Shown: positions 9,130-19,095 of the stretch, one piece after another | Numbering within the stretch: the stretch's first letter is position 1 | How the letters are laid out: every line of letters starts with the position of its first letter | Virus record (IMG/VR): IMGVR_UViG_3300002461_000036 | Coordinates: 1-41,744 of that record | Source: a virus | Strand: one strand, 5' to 3' | Length of the DNA stretch: 41,744 bases | The notes under the pieces: generated by a model | The model's input: only the letters and a program-made list of their open reading frames with translations | What the model was told of the DNA's origin: nothing | Database searches by the model: none | Program-made: the position numbers and the translations under genes

Positions 9130-11727
9130 TTACTGTACGAAATGACCAGCCATGCGGCTGATGAACCACTCGGCTCGTTTAGGTGTCTGCTCGGCCCACT
9201 TGCTCGACCGAACTTCTTGCAGGAAGGCGTTGTAGTCGCGGTTGGCGATTGCCTCCGCTGTGCGCTTGTGCTCCCGCCAGCCAGCCTCTCCGAGTTGGTA
9301 GGCGGCACCGGCCAGGGCCATTACCGCAGTGGTGTCGCGGACACCCAGCTCAGCGGCTGCACGTTTACCCACACCAAGCGCTGCGTTGGTGTCTTCCTCA
9401 AACCACTGCTCGGCCTGTTCCTTGCTGATCGTGTCACCCGCCTTCATGCCGGATCGGGTTACGTTGCGCCCCACCCCGGCAGCCAGGCCGTCGCGGTCAG
9501 CGTATACCTCCAGGCGCAGACCCTCCAGCTCTGCCAACTCCTGACGGAAGCGATACACGTTGCGCACGGGCAGCCCAGCGACGTTGCCGCCTGTGATGCC
9601 CAGCTCCTGGCCACTGACCTCGATAGGCCCGCCGAACATAGCGCGCTCGCCTTCCTCTGCGGCTGTACGCTGCTGGTCGATCACGGTGCGGGTGATGCCA
9701 CCCACGTCGATTGGCTTGCGGTCCACGATCTGCCCGTTCTCGTTGATCTGGACAGCCTCCAAGCCCCGACCATACCGGTCGTAACGGAAGTGCTGCTCAA
9801 AACCGTCAACGGTATCGGGGTACTGCTCCGAGAGAACGCGACCGATACGCTGCGCATCGTCGGTGCCGAAGACATCGGCTACACGCATACCGCGAGGCAG
9901 TACCAGTTGACGGCGCGGAGTACCGCCGCCCAGGAAGTCCCCGGACAATGCGCCGCCACCCACCTCCACGGTACGCGCCTTGACAGCGGACATCGCAACA
10001 TCCAGCAGCGCTTCGGGCGTGGTGCCCGCGTTGTTCCGGTCGCCCAACAACCAGTCCAGTTCCTCCTGCACAGCACCACTCATGACGGCTACACTAGCCG
10101 GGTTCTCCGAAAGGTTGGGGCGGTTGATCAGCAGGTTGCCCAGCTCACCGAACAGCCCGGTACGCACAGCCCCGTCCACCTTGGTGCTCAACTGCTTGCG
10201 GAATTCGGCAGTCTTCATACCCTGCTCGACGTTGGTGAGTTTGGCGAACGCGTCTCGGTTGACAGCGTACTCACGCAGCGCTTGGGCGGGCGGCACACCA
10301 GCCTGACTCTGCCGCAGCATATAGGCCATGGCCTGCTTGGTGTCGTCTGGCATGGCGTCGAGCAGGACGGCCCGTGCTCCAGGCTGGCGCTGCTCGGCCA
10401 GCGTCAGTGTACCCGTGACGTTGTTGAGGGCATCCACCAACTGTGCGTTCTGCGGGTCATCGGTCCCGGTGGCCTGGATAGATCGCACCCCGGCAGCAAC
10501 GGTCTCACCGAAGGATTTAGGCAACTGCCCAATGTCCAAGCCTACAGATAGGCCCGCACGAATGCGCTCTGACAGGCCGGTGCCATTGGCTGCGAGCTGC
10601 TTGTCCATCAGCTCTACAGCGTCCTTGCCAGTGAAGCCAAGGGCTGCAAGCTGGTTCAGGTCACGGGCACCGAGGGCCTGCATTACCGACTGCGTGTCGT
10701 CCTTGTTGGCAAGGCCCGTTGCTGCTCGCATACGGAGCGCTTTACCCTGAGTGTACGTCATACGCTTGGCCAGCGTCTCTGTCTCGATGTAGGCTTGGAG
10801 TTCCTCGGTGGACACCTGCCCCGTGTCTACGCGGGCCTCGAAGTCCCCGTTGGCCATAACAACGCCGAGGGCATCCTTGGCCAGCGTGCGAGTGCTGCTC
10901 TCACGCAGGGCAGTATCGAGCTGACGACGCTGATCGAGTGGCAATGAATCCAGGGCACCGCTGTCGCGCAGGTTCTCCACGACATCCCGCTGGTCGGCAT
11001 TGGCCAGGGCCAACAGGTAATTCGTGGCGTACTCCTGGCGGGTCGCCTCCGGCAGCTTGTCCGAGGACAGGATGTCGGAGTAGTATAGGGCGGCACGTTC
11101 TTGATTCGCTGCACGAGTACCCTCATCCGGGGAGGCCAGCAGCGAGTTCATGATCTGGTTGCCCTGCGCAGTAACGCGCTTGAGGCCCTCGCCAATCGAC
11201 CACTTCTGGTACGCACCCGCCTGCTCGGTGATCAGGCTGGACTCCATGCTGCGCTGTGCTGCCAGGGCGCGCAAACGTCCATTCATCGTAAGACTGCCGA
11301 AGCCCTCAGTGACCTTGCCGGATTCTTCCCGCATCAGCGCAGCGAACTCATTGGGCTGCATGCGTTGGCCGTTATTGGCGATCACCGTCTTGAGGCGCCG
11401 CTCCATATCCACTTGGCGGATACGGTAGTCCTCGTCGTTATAACCACCCCGCACGAATGCGCGGGACAGCGGGTCGGCGTCGAGGACGGCTTCTGCATCA
11501 CCGGCCAGCCGGGCACGTCCACCCTCAAGGTATGCCTCTTGCGCCGCTTGGTCCACGGCCTTACCGGCGAACTGCTGGCCTACATTGAGCAACGCCCCGA
11601 GGGCTTGCTCACCGATACTGGTCTCGGGGGCCTCGGGGCGATATTGCCCGACCCCGAGGTTGACTTCCGCAGCGCGGGCCTGGCCGGGGTCTTGTAACTG
11701 AAACTCTGCTGCTACGCGATCTACCAT
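9130..11727 (-). CDS. Internal virion protein B with C-terminal lysozyme domain (phiKMV gp36-like virion peptidoglycan hydrolase)
   Basis: ATG at 11727 follows AGGAAC and lies just after the stop of the upstream gene. The C-terminal motif 'EGLRLEVYADRDGLAAGVGRN' is lysozyme-like (E-x8-D). Confidence 0.8.
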   Translation of the reverse strand: MVDRVAAEFQLQDPGQARAAEVNLGVGQYRPEAPETSIGEQALGALLNVGQQFAGKAVDQAAQEAYLEGGRARLAGDAEAVLDADPLSRAFVRGGYNDEDYRIRQVDMERRLKTVIANNGQRMQPNEFAALMREESGKVTEGFGSLTMNGRLRALAAQRSMESSLITEQAGAYQKWSIGEGLKRVTAQGNQIMNSLLASPDEGTRAANQERAALYYSDILSSDKLPEATRQEYATNYLLALANADQRDVVENLRDSGALDSLPLDQRRQLDTALRESSTRTLAKDALGVVMANGDFEARVDTGQVSTEELQAYIETETLAKRMTYTQGKALRMRAATGLANKDDTQSVMQALGARDLNQLAALGFTGKDAVELMDKQLAANGTGLSERIRAGLSVGLDIGQLPKSFGETVAAGVRSIQATGTDDPQNAQLVDALNNVTGTLTLAEQRQPGARAVLLDAMPDDTKQAMAYMLRQSQAGVPPAQALREYAVNRDAFAKLTNVEQGMKTAEFRKQLSTKVDGAVRTGLFGELGNLLINRPNLSENPASVAVMSGAVQEELDWLLGDRNNAGTTPEALLDVAMSAVKARTVEVGGGALSGDFLGGGTPRRQLVLPRGMRVADVFGTDDAQRIGRVLSEQYPDTVDGFEQHFRYDRYGRGLEAVQINENGQIVDRKPIDVGGITRTVIDQQRTAAEEGERAMFGGPIEVSGQELGITGGNVAGLPVRNVYRFRQELAELEGLRLEVYADRDGLAAGVGRNVTRSGMKAGDTISKEQAEQWFEEDTNAALGVGKRAAAELGVRDTTAVMALAGAAYQLGEAGWREHKRTAEAIANRDYNAFLQEVRSSKWAEQTPKRAEWFISRMAGHFVQ

Positions 11728-11728
11728 A

Positions 11729-12277
11729 TCAGGTTCCTGTCTTTGGTGCCGCAGTGCTGCTACCGAACTGCATGTAGTTCGATGCGTATGCACTGCCTGC
11801 TGTCATGAGGCCGTTAAGGAGCGGGCTTTGCTGGTTGGCGTAGGGGTTCTGCTGGCCACGTAGGCTGGCAGAGGCCCCGGCGATCACCTCGCGGATACGG
11901 TTGGTGAGATTGTACTGCTCGACCTCAATGGATTGCTCCACGCGGATTTCATTCTGCCCCAGCTCGCGGTCAATCTCCGAGAGGGTTGCGTCTACGCTGG
12001 CGCCCTTCACACCGGCTGCTGCTGCGTTGGCGATGTTGCTGCCGGTCGCGGCGTAAGCCGCAATCTCGGCGTCGTTGAGTTGCTGAGCGGCAGAGGTACG
12101 GAGCTGCGTGTTCTGCACCTGAATACTGCCGATGGTTTGAAACGCATTGCGGATAGTCGCGGCGTCGGCAGCGTAGGCTGCCTTGTTCGCCGCTTTAATC
12201 TGATCCGCCTGCTGCTTGTTGCCGAGGGCAGTCTGCAAAGCAGACATACCACCCATGGCGAGTAGCGGCCAGAACAT
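11729..12277 (-). CDS. Internal virion protein A
   Basis: 182 aa. GGAG RBS. N-terminal hydrophobic segment 'MFWPLLAMGGMSAL'. Positioned after tail tubular protein B as in T7- and phiKMV-like phages. Confidence 0.6.
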   Translation of the reverse strand: MFWPLLAMGGMSALQTALGNKQQADQIKAANKAAYAADAATIRNAFQTIGSIQVQNTQLRTSAAQQLNDAEIAAYAATGSNIANAAAAGVKGASVDATLSEIDRELGQNEIRVEQSIEVEQYNLTNRIREVIAGASASLRGQQNPYANQQSPLLNGLMTAGSAYASNYMQFGSSTAAPKTGT

Positions 12278-12279
12278 AG

Positions 12280-14616
12280 TTAGCTCCTACGGAAGCGTTG
12301 GTGGAATCTGAACCCATACTCAATGGCTTGGATGTTCAGGTCATAGTAGTCGGTTGTGGCCAGCTCCAGACTAGCGGAGTGCATGTCCACCCGCCCAGGT
12401 ACTGTAACGGTTGTGGTGTCCGCCAGGGGCAGGCCCGCGTCGAGGTTCCGAGAGTACCAGCGGAGTGCTGTATCCTCCACTTCCGGATTGGATCGAATCT
12501 GATCACCCACGATGTAGGTGAATCGGCCCGTGTTAGCAAGAGACACACGCCAGCGGTGCAGCACTGCACGGCTCGTTGTGATAGGTACGCCCTTGGCGTC
12601 CTTGATCACAGGGGCGGTAGGTATAGCACTGCTGCGGTACGTGCAGCCGACTTGATAAATATCCCCCACGGCAGCACCAATACAGGACACCACGTAGTCC
12701 GCACCAACAACAGCACCGGGGGGAAGCGCCTGCCCAAGATAGGTGCCTGTACCGCCAGTTTTGAAGGCGTGCATTACACCCAACTGCTGCATGTATAGGG
12801 GTAGGCGTAGTTCCCCTGGCACAGTGCATACGATATAACGGTGGAAGTCTAGACGTCCATCCTGTGCCCCATCTACACCAGCACCCCGCTGCACATCTAC
12901 GTGGCACAGGTACAAGGTGCCGTCGATAGCGAACAACGCGATCAGTACATCCCCGGAAAAGTATGCGTCAACTACTGGCCACGCAAACTCCCACCGATGC
13001 CACGCGGCATGCACTTTCTCCCCACCTGCCCACAGGTACTCGTGAACTAACAGTGCGTTTGCATCCCCAGTGAAACCACCAACGAGAATATTAGCAGTTG
13101 TGCTGCCTGCGAGGAAGCGCCATGGCCCAGGGATATAACGCGGGACATGGTTCGTTACGTCATCGGCCTCGTAGTAGGCATCTGTGTACTGGCTCGGGGT
13201 CATTTCGTGCATCCCAACGAAACCCAGGCTACGCGGTGAGCCGAAGAACACACTTCGCCCGGCTGTTACTGGACGTGCTGCGGTATCAACCTCGTACTGT
13301 GTCATGAGGGACACCTGCGCGTTACGCGGGGTAATCACGTTACTACCGGGCACGACGCCTTGATAACGGCGACCAAAGAGGATCAAGTCCTTGTTGAATG
13401 CCTCGGCCCACTCATACGGGGAGGTCAGAGCACCCTGCGCAGCGGTCTCGATAGGGTCATTGTCCACCAGGGTGGCGACCGTGGAGCGGAACCAGCGGAG
13501 CGGGTTGTTCGACGCAGACATGCAGACGTACTCATTGCTGAGCAATACCAGGCGCCCTTGAAATGCAGCCATCCCAGTGATACCGTCAGCGATGCAGCGG
13601 AGCACGGGGTTGTTGTCCTCATCACCCGCACTGCGGCGCTCATAACTGGCTGACGCTAAGCTGTACACACCACCGCTTACAGTGAGCCGGATAGGCATGT
13701 TAGACGGTTGCTCTAAGAACTCCCAGGCGGCATCCTCAACCCATACGCGCCGCGGGTGATCATATCTGTAGTACGTCTTTTCTTTGGTGGGGCCAACAGC
13801 GATGATGAGATTGACTGCCGCCGGTGGGAGTACAGCAGGCAACTCAGCAACGTCGCGGATACTTGCTGCGTTACTACCACGCACAAAAGATGTGCCGGAG
13901 GACGACGATACGGTTAGCTGCGTACCTACGTTACCTCGGACGGCAACATACCCACCAGTGATGTAGAGTGCTGCACCCACAGGTGCCCACGCGGTCACTG
14001 CTGCTATGCGGAGCTGGTCCGCAATATACTCCGGGGTACTTTGAGCTGCATGAGCAGCCTGCGTACCGTTAGGGGTGGTATATGAAACAGTGTAGGCCGT
14101 GCCTGTTGTCCGGTTCGTCAGTGTAACCTCGTAGGTTTTGCTGTACGCCCCAGTAGGGATGTAGAAGTAACCCCAGCGCGACGGATCGGGGTAGCTTGCC
14201 ATATCAGCAGAGTCTACGAGAGTCGGCTTCTGCTTTACGTTGCAGATATAAACGGCGTCATCGAGCGTCACACAGCGAATGTCTTTTCTGCTTGCAGCGA
14301 TCAGGTAGGTGCGGGTAGCGGTATACAGCAGAGCACCTGTAAGCTCGTTACTGACGCGAACGTTCCCGTTGACAGTATCAATCACGATACTGATACTAAC
14401 ACCCCCAATGTCGGTGTTGTATTGCAGCACACGGCGGTAATCGGTATAGCTGCCGAGGGCACTGATTAATTGCACAGGCGCGCGACGGCGAAGCCCGGCA
14501 ACTAGGTCGCTGGTCATGTTGACCTGGGCTTCCAGTTGGCCGGGCAGGCGGTCCTTGGGTGATTGCTGGCTGACACCAAACAGGAGGTTGGTGTAGGCGG
14601 ATTCATTGTAAGCGAT
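12280..14616 (-). CDS. Tail tubular protein B (T7 gp12-like); the N-terminus extends upstream of the first ATG, probably with a non-canonical ATC start
   Basis: The in-frame region upstream of the ATG at 14517 encodes '..AYNESAYTNLLFGVSQQSPKDRLPGQLEAQVN', which matches the T7 gp12 N-terminus ('NLKGGISQQ...RQVNGW'). AGGAGG (14628..14623) is followed by TGT ATC ATC. 'FFGSPRS' also matches gp12. Confidence 0.85.
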   Translation of the reverse strand: MAYNESAYTNLLFGVSQQSPKDRLPGQLEAQVNMTSDLVAGLRRRAPVQLISALGSYTDYRRVLQYNTDIGGVSISIVIDTVNGNVRVSNELTGALLYTATRTYLIAASRKDIRCVTLDDAVYICNVKQKPTLVDSADMASYPDPSRWGYFYIPTGAYSKTYEVTLTNRTTGTAYTVSYTTPNGTQAAHAAQSTPEYIADQLRIAAVTAWAPVGAALYITGGYVAVRGNVGTQLTVSSSSGTSFVRGSNAASIRDVAELPAVLPPAAVNLIIAVGPTKEKTYYRYDHPRRVWVEDAAWEFLEQPSNMPIRLTVSGGVYSLASASYERRSAGDEDNNPVLRCIADGITGMAAFQGRLVLLSNEYVCMSASNNPLRWFRSTVATLVDNDPIETAAQGALTSPYEWAEAFNKDLILFGRRYQGVVPGSNVITPRNAQVSLMTQYEVDTAARPVTAGRSVFFGSPRSLGFVGMHEMTPSQYTDAYYEADDVTNHVPRYIPGPWRFLAGSTTANILVGGFTGDANALLVHEYLWAGGEKVHAAWHRWEFAWPVVDAYFSGDVLIALFAIDGTLYLCHVDVQRGAGVDGAQDGRLDFHRYIVCTVPGELRLPLYMQQLGVMHAFKTGGTGTYLGQALPPGAVVGADYVVSCIGAAVGDIYQVGCTYRSSAIPTAPVIKDAKGVPITTSRAVLHRWRVSLANTGRFTYIVGDQIRSNPEVEDTALRWYSRNLDAGLPLADTTTVTVPGRVDMHSASLELATTDYYDLNIQAIEYGFRFHQRFRRS

Positions 14617-14640
14617 GATACACCTCCTGCGGCGTGCCGC

Positions 14641-15195
14641 TTAGGTCCAGAGTGCCCGACGCAGGCGCTGCTGTTGTTTCTTAGTACGGGTGTTGTGCTT
14701 GCGGCTGATCGTGTGATCACCACCAAGCTGCTGCGCGTACATCTGGCGCTTCATATCTAACTCTTGCAGAGTAGCGTCGGGGCCGATGTCGCTGAGGTAC
14801 GTGTCGTAGGCTGCGTGGTACGCAATCGCATAGCGTGCCAGCTCCGGCAGCTTCTCGAAGTCCCGGTCGATAATCATACGGCCCTTGACGGGTTCACCGA
14901 CAACCGGGGAGCCGTTGTCCTGTAGCACCACTGAGTCGCCCAGGAAGGCGAACTTGGCATCCTCGGGGAAGAACTTCAAGGTGTCCGCTGGTACGACGAT
15001 ACGGCCATTAACGTCCGGTTGGAGCACGTGCTCATAGAAGGTGTTGAACCAGTAGCCTTCCGACAGCACGGTGATGCGGGCTTCTGCGAGTGCAGGCAGC
15101 GCGATGGCAAGCGTCGGGTATTGCCCGTCAACGCTCGTGACAGGGCTTTCACCGATCCTGCGCAAGATAAGGTTGACCGCTTCTAGCGTGTCCAT
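14641..15195 (-). CDS. Tail tubular protein A (T7 gp11-like)
   Basis: 184 aa. GGAG RBS. 'LEAVNLILRRIGESPVTSVDG' and 'GYWFN' resemble T7 gp11 '[21 protein letters not shown]' and 'GWTFN'. Confidence 0.85.
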   Translation of the reverse strand: MDTLEAVNLILRRIGESPVTSVDGQYPTLAIALPALAEARITVLSEGYWFNTFYEHVLQPDVNGRIVVPADTLKFFPEDAKFAFLGDSVVLQDNGSPVVGEPVKGRMIIDRDFEKLPELARYAIAYHAAYDTYLSDIGPDATLQELDMKRQMYAQQLGGDHTISRKHNTRTKKQQQRLRRALWT

Positions 15196-15210
15196 TGTAG
15201 CTCCTTACGC

Positions 15211-15246
15211 AAAAAAACCCCGCCCTGCCGAGAGGGCAAGACGGGG
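15211..15246 (-). terminator. Rho-independent terminator downstream of the major capsid gene
   Basis: The minus-strand RNA reads CCCCGUCUUGCC-CUCUC-GGCAGGGCGGGG followed by UUUUUUU. The stem is 12 bp including 2 G-U pairs. Confidence 0.85.
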
Positions 15247-15253
15247 TTATGGG

Positions 15254-16252
15254 TTACGCCGGCAGGCCGGTGATTTCTACAATGGCAGCGGCATCGGGAC
15301 GACGCTGGCCGATGTTGTAGGACTGGAAGGTATCCAGTACCCACGAGAACTCACGCTTGTCTTCCCAGTAGTCGGAAGTCAGGGCATGCACCTGGGCGGC
15401 AACGAGGGTCTTCGACGGGATGATGGTGATCATCTGGCGCTTCGCCTCGTCAGCCGACACGGTGAAGGCCGAGCCGAGCTGGTGGGTGGTAATCGCGGCC
15501 TGCGGGATGCGCGGGGTTTCAACCAGGCGCACGCCGTTCAGGATGGCGATACGGGAACGAGCGAAGTCGTTCACACCACCGAGGGCCTGGAAATCGACAC
15601 TCAGTAGCTTCTTGTGCTCCAGCAGGATGGTGAATACCTTCGGAGTACAGAAGGTGATACCTTCGCTGTACACCATGTCAGCCAGGTCGCGGTTAATCAG
15701 CGCTTCCAGCGACTTGCGGTGCGCAGCAACCAACAGGTCGGCGTCAGCCTCAGCGGAGGCGACGGTGCCGGTGATGGTCACAGGAACCTTGACGCCCGGA
15801 TTGAACGAGCCTGCCAGGCCAGCGGGTACAACGAAGTCGGCGCACTTGAGCGCCTGGATCAGACACGCCTGGTCAAACAGCTTGGCCAGCGCGGTGCCGT
15901 CCAGCTCCGCGATTTCCTTGCGGTAGTCGAGGTCGGTGGTCCAGTCATCGAACTTGTCGAACTCGTGACGCAGGTACAGCACGGTGTCCACCGACAGGAT
16001 CATCTTGCCGTTGGTCACCTTCGAGTTCACCAGCGGCTCACCGGACTTGCGGCCACCGACGGTGACGTTGCCGAAGCGGTCCAGGCGGGCAGTGTTGGTG
16101 CCGCGCAGGTTACGGATGTTCATCACCGAAGCCAGTTGCGAGCTGTAGGCGAAGGTCTTGTCCACGATGCCCATGTGTTCTTCGAGGTGGATGTCCACGT
16201 CGGAGTTCGGGCCACCCCAATGCGGACGGGTCAGTTCAGTCAGTGCAGTCAT
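15254..16252 (-). CDS. Major capsid protein (T7 gp10-like)
   Basis: 332 aa from the ATG at 16252, 5 nt after GGAG. It is preceded by a phage promoter and followed by a strong terminator. Position after the scaffold gene. Confidence 0.9.
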   Translation of the reverse strand: MTALTELTRPHWGGPNSDVDIHLEEHMGIVDKTFAYSSQLASVMNIRNLRGTNTARLDRFGNVTVGGRKSGEPLVNSKVTNGKMILSVDTVLYLRHEFDKFDDWTTDLDYRKEIAELDGTALAKLFDQACLIQALKCADFVVPAGLAGSFNPGVKVPVTITGTVASAEADADLLVAAHRKSLEALINRDLADMVYSEGITFCTPKVFTILLEHKKLLSVDFQALGGVNDFARSRIAILNGVRLVETPRIPQAAITTHQLGSAFTVSADEAKRQMITIIPSKTLVAAQVHALTSDYWEDKREFSWVLDTFQSYNIGQRRPDAAAIVEITGLPA

Positions 16253-16335
16253 ACTTGCTCCTTTGCACACCTACCGCAACCCGTGATGGGTGCGGCAGGT
16301 AATGGTGGCGACCGCTATATGCGGCGTCTGTTATT

Positions 16336-16355
16336 GCTACGGTATGTGACTTTAA
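16336..16355 (-). promoter_or_regulatory. Phage-RNAP promoter (phi3) upstream of the capsid gene
   Basis: The minus strand reads TTAAAGTCACATACCGTAGC. Its TAA is the stop codon of the scaffold gene. Confidence 0.7.
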
Positions 16356-17242
16356 CGTAGGCCCTGCTGCATACCCAAACGACGCAGCGCTTTCAACTCG
16401 TCGTACTTCTCCGGGCTGATGTTGCGCTCGCTGATCGCCTTGGTGTACTCGTCGCGGCTGAGGCCGCGCTGGCTACCGGGCTGGCCCATGGCCTGCGGGT
16501 TGTGCTGGATGATGGCACCGGCTTGGGCGCCGAACTGGGCGATCTTCTGCGCAGCATAAAGCATCTTGTCGCGGACGCCGGAGTTCAGCAGGTCGATCAG
16601 GGTGGCTTTCTCTACCGGGTCGGCCTTGCTGTTGAAGGCATTCGCGGCAGCACGGAACTGATCTTCACCGCCAGTGGTAGCGTAGACTTGCTTGAGGCTC
16701 TCGTCGTTGTAGGTCTGGACGTAGGCAATGCTGTCGGTTGCGACCTTGATCAGCGTGTTCGCCTTTTCTTCGCCCAGCTTCTCGATCAGGTAATGCTTGT
16801 CGATGAAGCGCGCATCCAGCTCATCAGCAGCGCTACCGAACGCACGGGCAACATCCAGGCCCTCGTCCTTGCACACCGCGTCCAGATAGGACACAGCCGG
16901 GGCAATAGCGGCATCCTTCGCCAGATGACCTGCCAGCTCAGTGACGGAGCTGATCGGTGCAGCAGGCTCAACCTTGGGCGGTTCCACCGGGGCAACCGGC
17001 TCTACCGGGGCAGGTGCCTCGGCAGGCTTCGGCTGGCTGGCGCTGGATAGCATCGGGTTGCTCGGCGGGGCGACGGGCGCTGCCGGGGCCGCCGGGGCCG
17101 GAGCGGGTGCCAGCACCGGGCCGGTATCAACCGGGGCCACCGGCAGCGGTGATGGGGCGGGTGCCGGGGCTGCTGGTGCGCTCACTGCCGCTGCTGCGCG
17201 GCCTGCCAAACCTGCCGGGAGTTGCTGTACGTTATCGCTCAT
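16352..17242 (-). CDS. Scaffolding protein
   Basis: 296 aa. Ala/Pro-rich N-terminal half and helical C-terminal half. Located between portal and capsid. Confidence 0.8.
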   Translation of the reverse strand: MSDNVQQLPAGLAGRAAAAVSAPAAPAPAPSPLPVAPVDTGPVLAPAPAPAAPAAPVAPPSNPMLSSASQPKPAEAPAPVEPVAPVEPPKVEPAAPISSVTELAGHLAKDAAIAPAVSYLDAVCKDEGLDVARAFGSAADELDARFIDKHYLIEKLGEEKANTLIKVATDSIAYVQTYNDESLKQVYATTGGEDQFRAAANAFNSKADPVEKATLIDLLNSGVRDKMLYAAQKIAQFGAQAGAIIQHNPQAMGQPGSQRGLSRDEYTKAISERNISPEKYDELKALRRLGMQQGLR

Positions 17243-17245
17243 GGG

Positions 17246-18790
17246 TCATCCTAATTGTTGGAGGCTGTCCTGCACGGTAGCGCCTTGCGATACCAGGGAA
17301 GCGCTGCTGGCTTGTTCCGCCATGTCCGCTGCCTGCTTCTTCGCTTCGGCCTCTGCCGCCAGTACCTCGGGGTCTTTGAACAGCAGCGAGGTGTCCACGC
17401 TGCGACTGTTGTAAATCAGGTTCATCGCTTTCTTCGGGTCGATACGGTCATCGAGCTGAACCAGCGGTGGGATGATTGCGGCAGCTTCCTGGGTTGCCGC
17501 TAACAGGTTCTGGACGGCGATAGCCCGACTCAACGCAGGGATACCAGTGATAATGCTCGGCTTGTACATCTTGCTGACAAGCCCTTCCAGCAAGTCGCCG
17601 CGCACTTCGAGCATGGTCAGATACGCTAGTGGCACCTGCAACTGCTCGGCCAACAGGGAGTACACACCACCGAGGGTGTTCTCTGCCTCGCGGGCCGTGG
17701 CGCGGATTTCTTCCGCCGTGACACGCTCGGCATCACGGGTGTTGCCGACATACATGAACGCCGCACTGAGCCGCTGGATGACCTCAGCAAGAGAGCTGCG
17801 GATCGCCGCAATCTTATTGTAGTCGCCCCGCTCGTAGGAGGTGATTGCACCTGTCTTGCCGCGCACATAGTCGCCGGTGTCGCTATCTTGGTACTCATCG
17901 ACAACACCGCCCGCTGCCTCATCAACGAGGTTGAGCAGCGTCAGTGCTTCCAGCTCATACAGGCCGAGCTGTTCAGACACCAGGCTGAGCTTGGCGAAGT
18001 CCCCGGTGAAGTCCTCGACCAACCCACGTCCGTAGTGCTCACCATCCGACAAGTTCCAAGTAGCGAGTACCCACGGGCTAAGGTGCTCGGGGTAGCTCGA
18101 CTCAGGACCACAGCGCTTACCGTCAATCTCGTTCCACACGACGACACGTGGGTTGAGCATACCCGGCGCTTTCTCAATGACCGTGAACAGCTCGACGTTG
18201 GTGTCCATCCGCTCCATCGCCTGCTGGTTCTTGGCGAGGTAGTCGTTGCGCAGGTTCTCCGGCAACTCATCAATCTGGAAACGCTGCTTGAGGATGATGG
18301 TCCGCCAGTCGCCGTTAGCAACGCGCTGTACTACAAAGCTGCGCAGGCTCCATACGGTGAACTTCGCCGTGGTGCCCTCGCGGTACATCAGAACGTTGCC
18401 GGTGATGATCAGCAGCTTGATTGCCCGCGTCAGCTTGGCCGTAGCCGCATTGAGGAACAACCGTTCGGCTGCCTCGCGGTCAAGCTGGGCTAACTGCGCA
18501 GACACCACCTGCATGTCCACGCCCTGCCGCTTAGCAGCAGCGGCCAGCTCGTCGGACGGCACGTTCTTGAAGAACGGTACGCCAGCAGGGAACAGTGCCC
18601 CTACTAGCTTGGATGCCAGGTTGTTGGTGAGCAGCCCGCCAACGGATTGGAAGTCGTGCTGCACTTTCTGCGTTGATTGCAATGGGTCAACGAACATGCC
18701 CGGCAAGGTATACTGGGCGTACTGCTCGCATTTCCGAACAATGGTTTCGTCGCGGTGGGACTGCCACAGCTTGCTTGCCAGGGCGCGCAT
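17246..18790 (-). CDS. Head-tail connector (portal) protein (T7 gp8-like)
   Basis: 514 aa. Called from size and from position upstream of the scaffold and capsid genes. The start overlaps the upstream stop (TAATG). Confidence 0.9.
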   Translation of the reverse strand: MRALASKLWQSHRDETIVRKCEQYAQYTLPGMFVDPLQSTQKVQHDFQSVGGLLTNNLASKLVGALFPAGVPFFKNVPSDELAAAAKRQGVDMQVVSAQLAQLDREAAERLFLNAATAKLTRAIKLLIITGNVLMYREGTTAKFTVWSLRSFVVQRVANGDWRTIILKQRFQIDELPENLRNDYLAKNQQAMERMDTNVELFTVIEKAPGMLNPRVVVWNEIDGKRCGPESSYPEHLSPWVLATWNLSDGEHYGRGLVEDFTGDFAKLSLVSEQLGLYELEALTLLNLVDEAAGGVVDEYQDSDTGDYVRGKTGAITSYERGDYNKIAAIRSSLAEVIQRLSAAFMYVGNTRDAERVTAEEIRATAREAENTLGGVYSLLAEQLQVPLAYLTMLEVRGDLLEGLVSKMYKPSIITGIPALSRAIAVQNLLAATQEAAAIIPPLVQLDDRIDPKKAMNLIYNSRSVDTSLLFKDPEVLAAEAEAKKQAADMAEQASSASLVSQGATVQDSLQQLG

Positions 18791-19095
18791 TAGACGTTAA
18801 TCCCAAGGCTTGCTGCGATACCGCCAGTACCTGTCCGGCGCTTGCGCTTCGTGGTGTCGCTCATCAGGTCCGCTGTACCACCTACTTCTGCGACTGCGGC
18901 GTTGTTCAAGCCGAGGTCCACGTTAGCGTTGGCAAGCAACTGCTCCTGTCGGCGTTGGGCTTCCTCAGCCGCTTTGGCAGCATCGGCCTTCTTGCCGGTG
19001 AAGTCGGTGCCAAGGAACTGATCGAAGATGCCTGAGCTACCGCCGACCGTGTTCTTTAACACCTTGTTGAATACCTTACTTACTTTCTTGCCCAT
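18790..19095 (-). CDS. Small virion-associated/hypothetical protein upstream of portal
   Basis: 101 aa. Lys-rich N-terminus and 'KRKRRTGTGG' near the C-terminus. Translationally coupled (TGATG) to the GNAT gene. Confidence 0.55.
   Translation of the reverse strand: MGKKVSKVFNKVLKNTVGGSSGIFDQFLGTDFTGKKADAAKAAEEAQRRQEQLLANANVDLGLNNAAVAEVGGTADLMSDTTKRKRRTGTGGIAASLGINV

Noticed and set aside
8899-10551. Long + strand ORF (550 aa), and many other + strand ORFs (e.g. 6481..7422, 26239..27111, 27805..28734)
   Set aside because: They are antisense shadows of well-supported minus-strand genes in GC-rich DNA. They have no SD sequences, odd Arg/His/Leu-rich composition and no recognisable motifs.
14514-14726. 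70-aa ORF spanning the gp11/gp12 junction
   Set aside because: It is out of frame with both tubular genes. The space is explained by the conserved N-terminal extension of tail tubular protein B.
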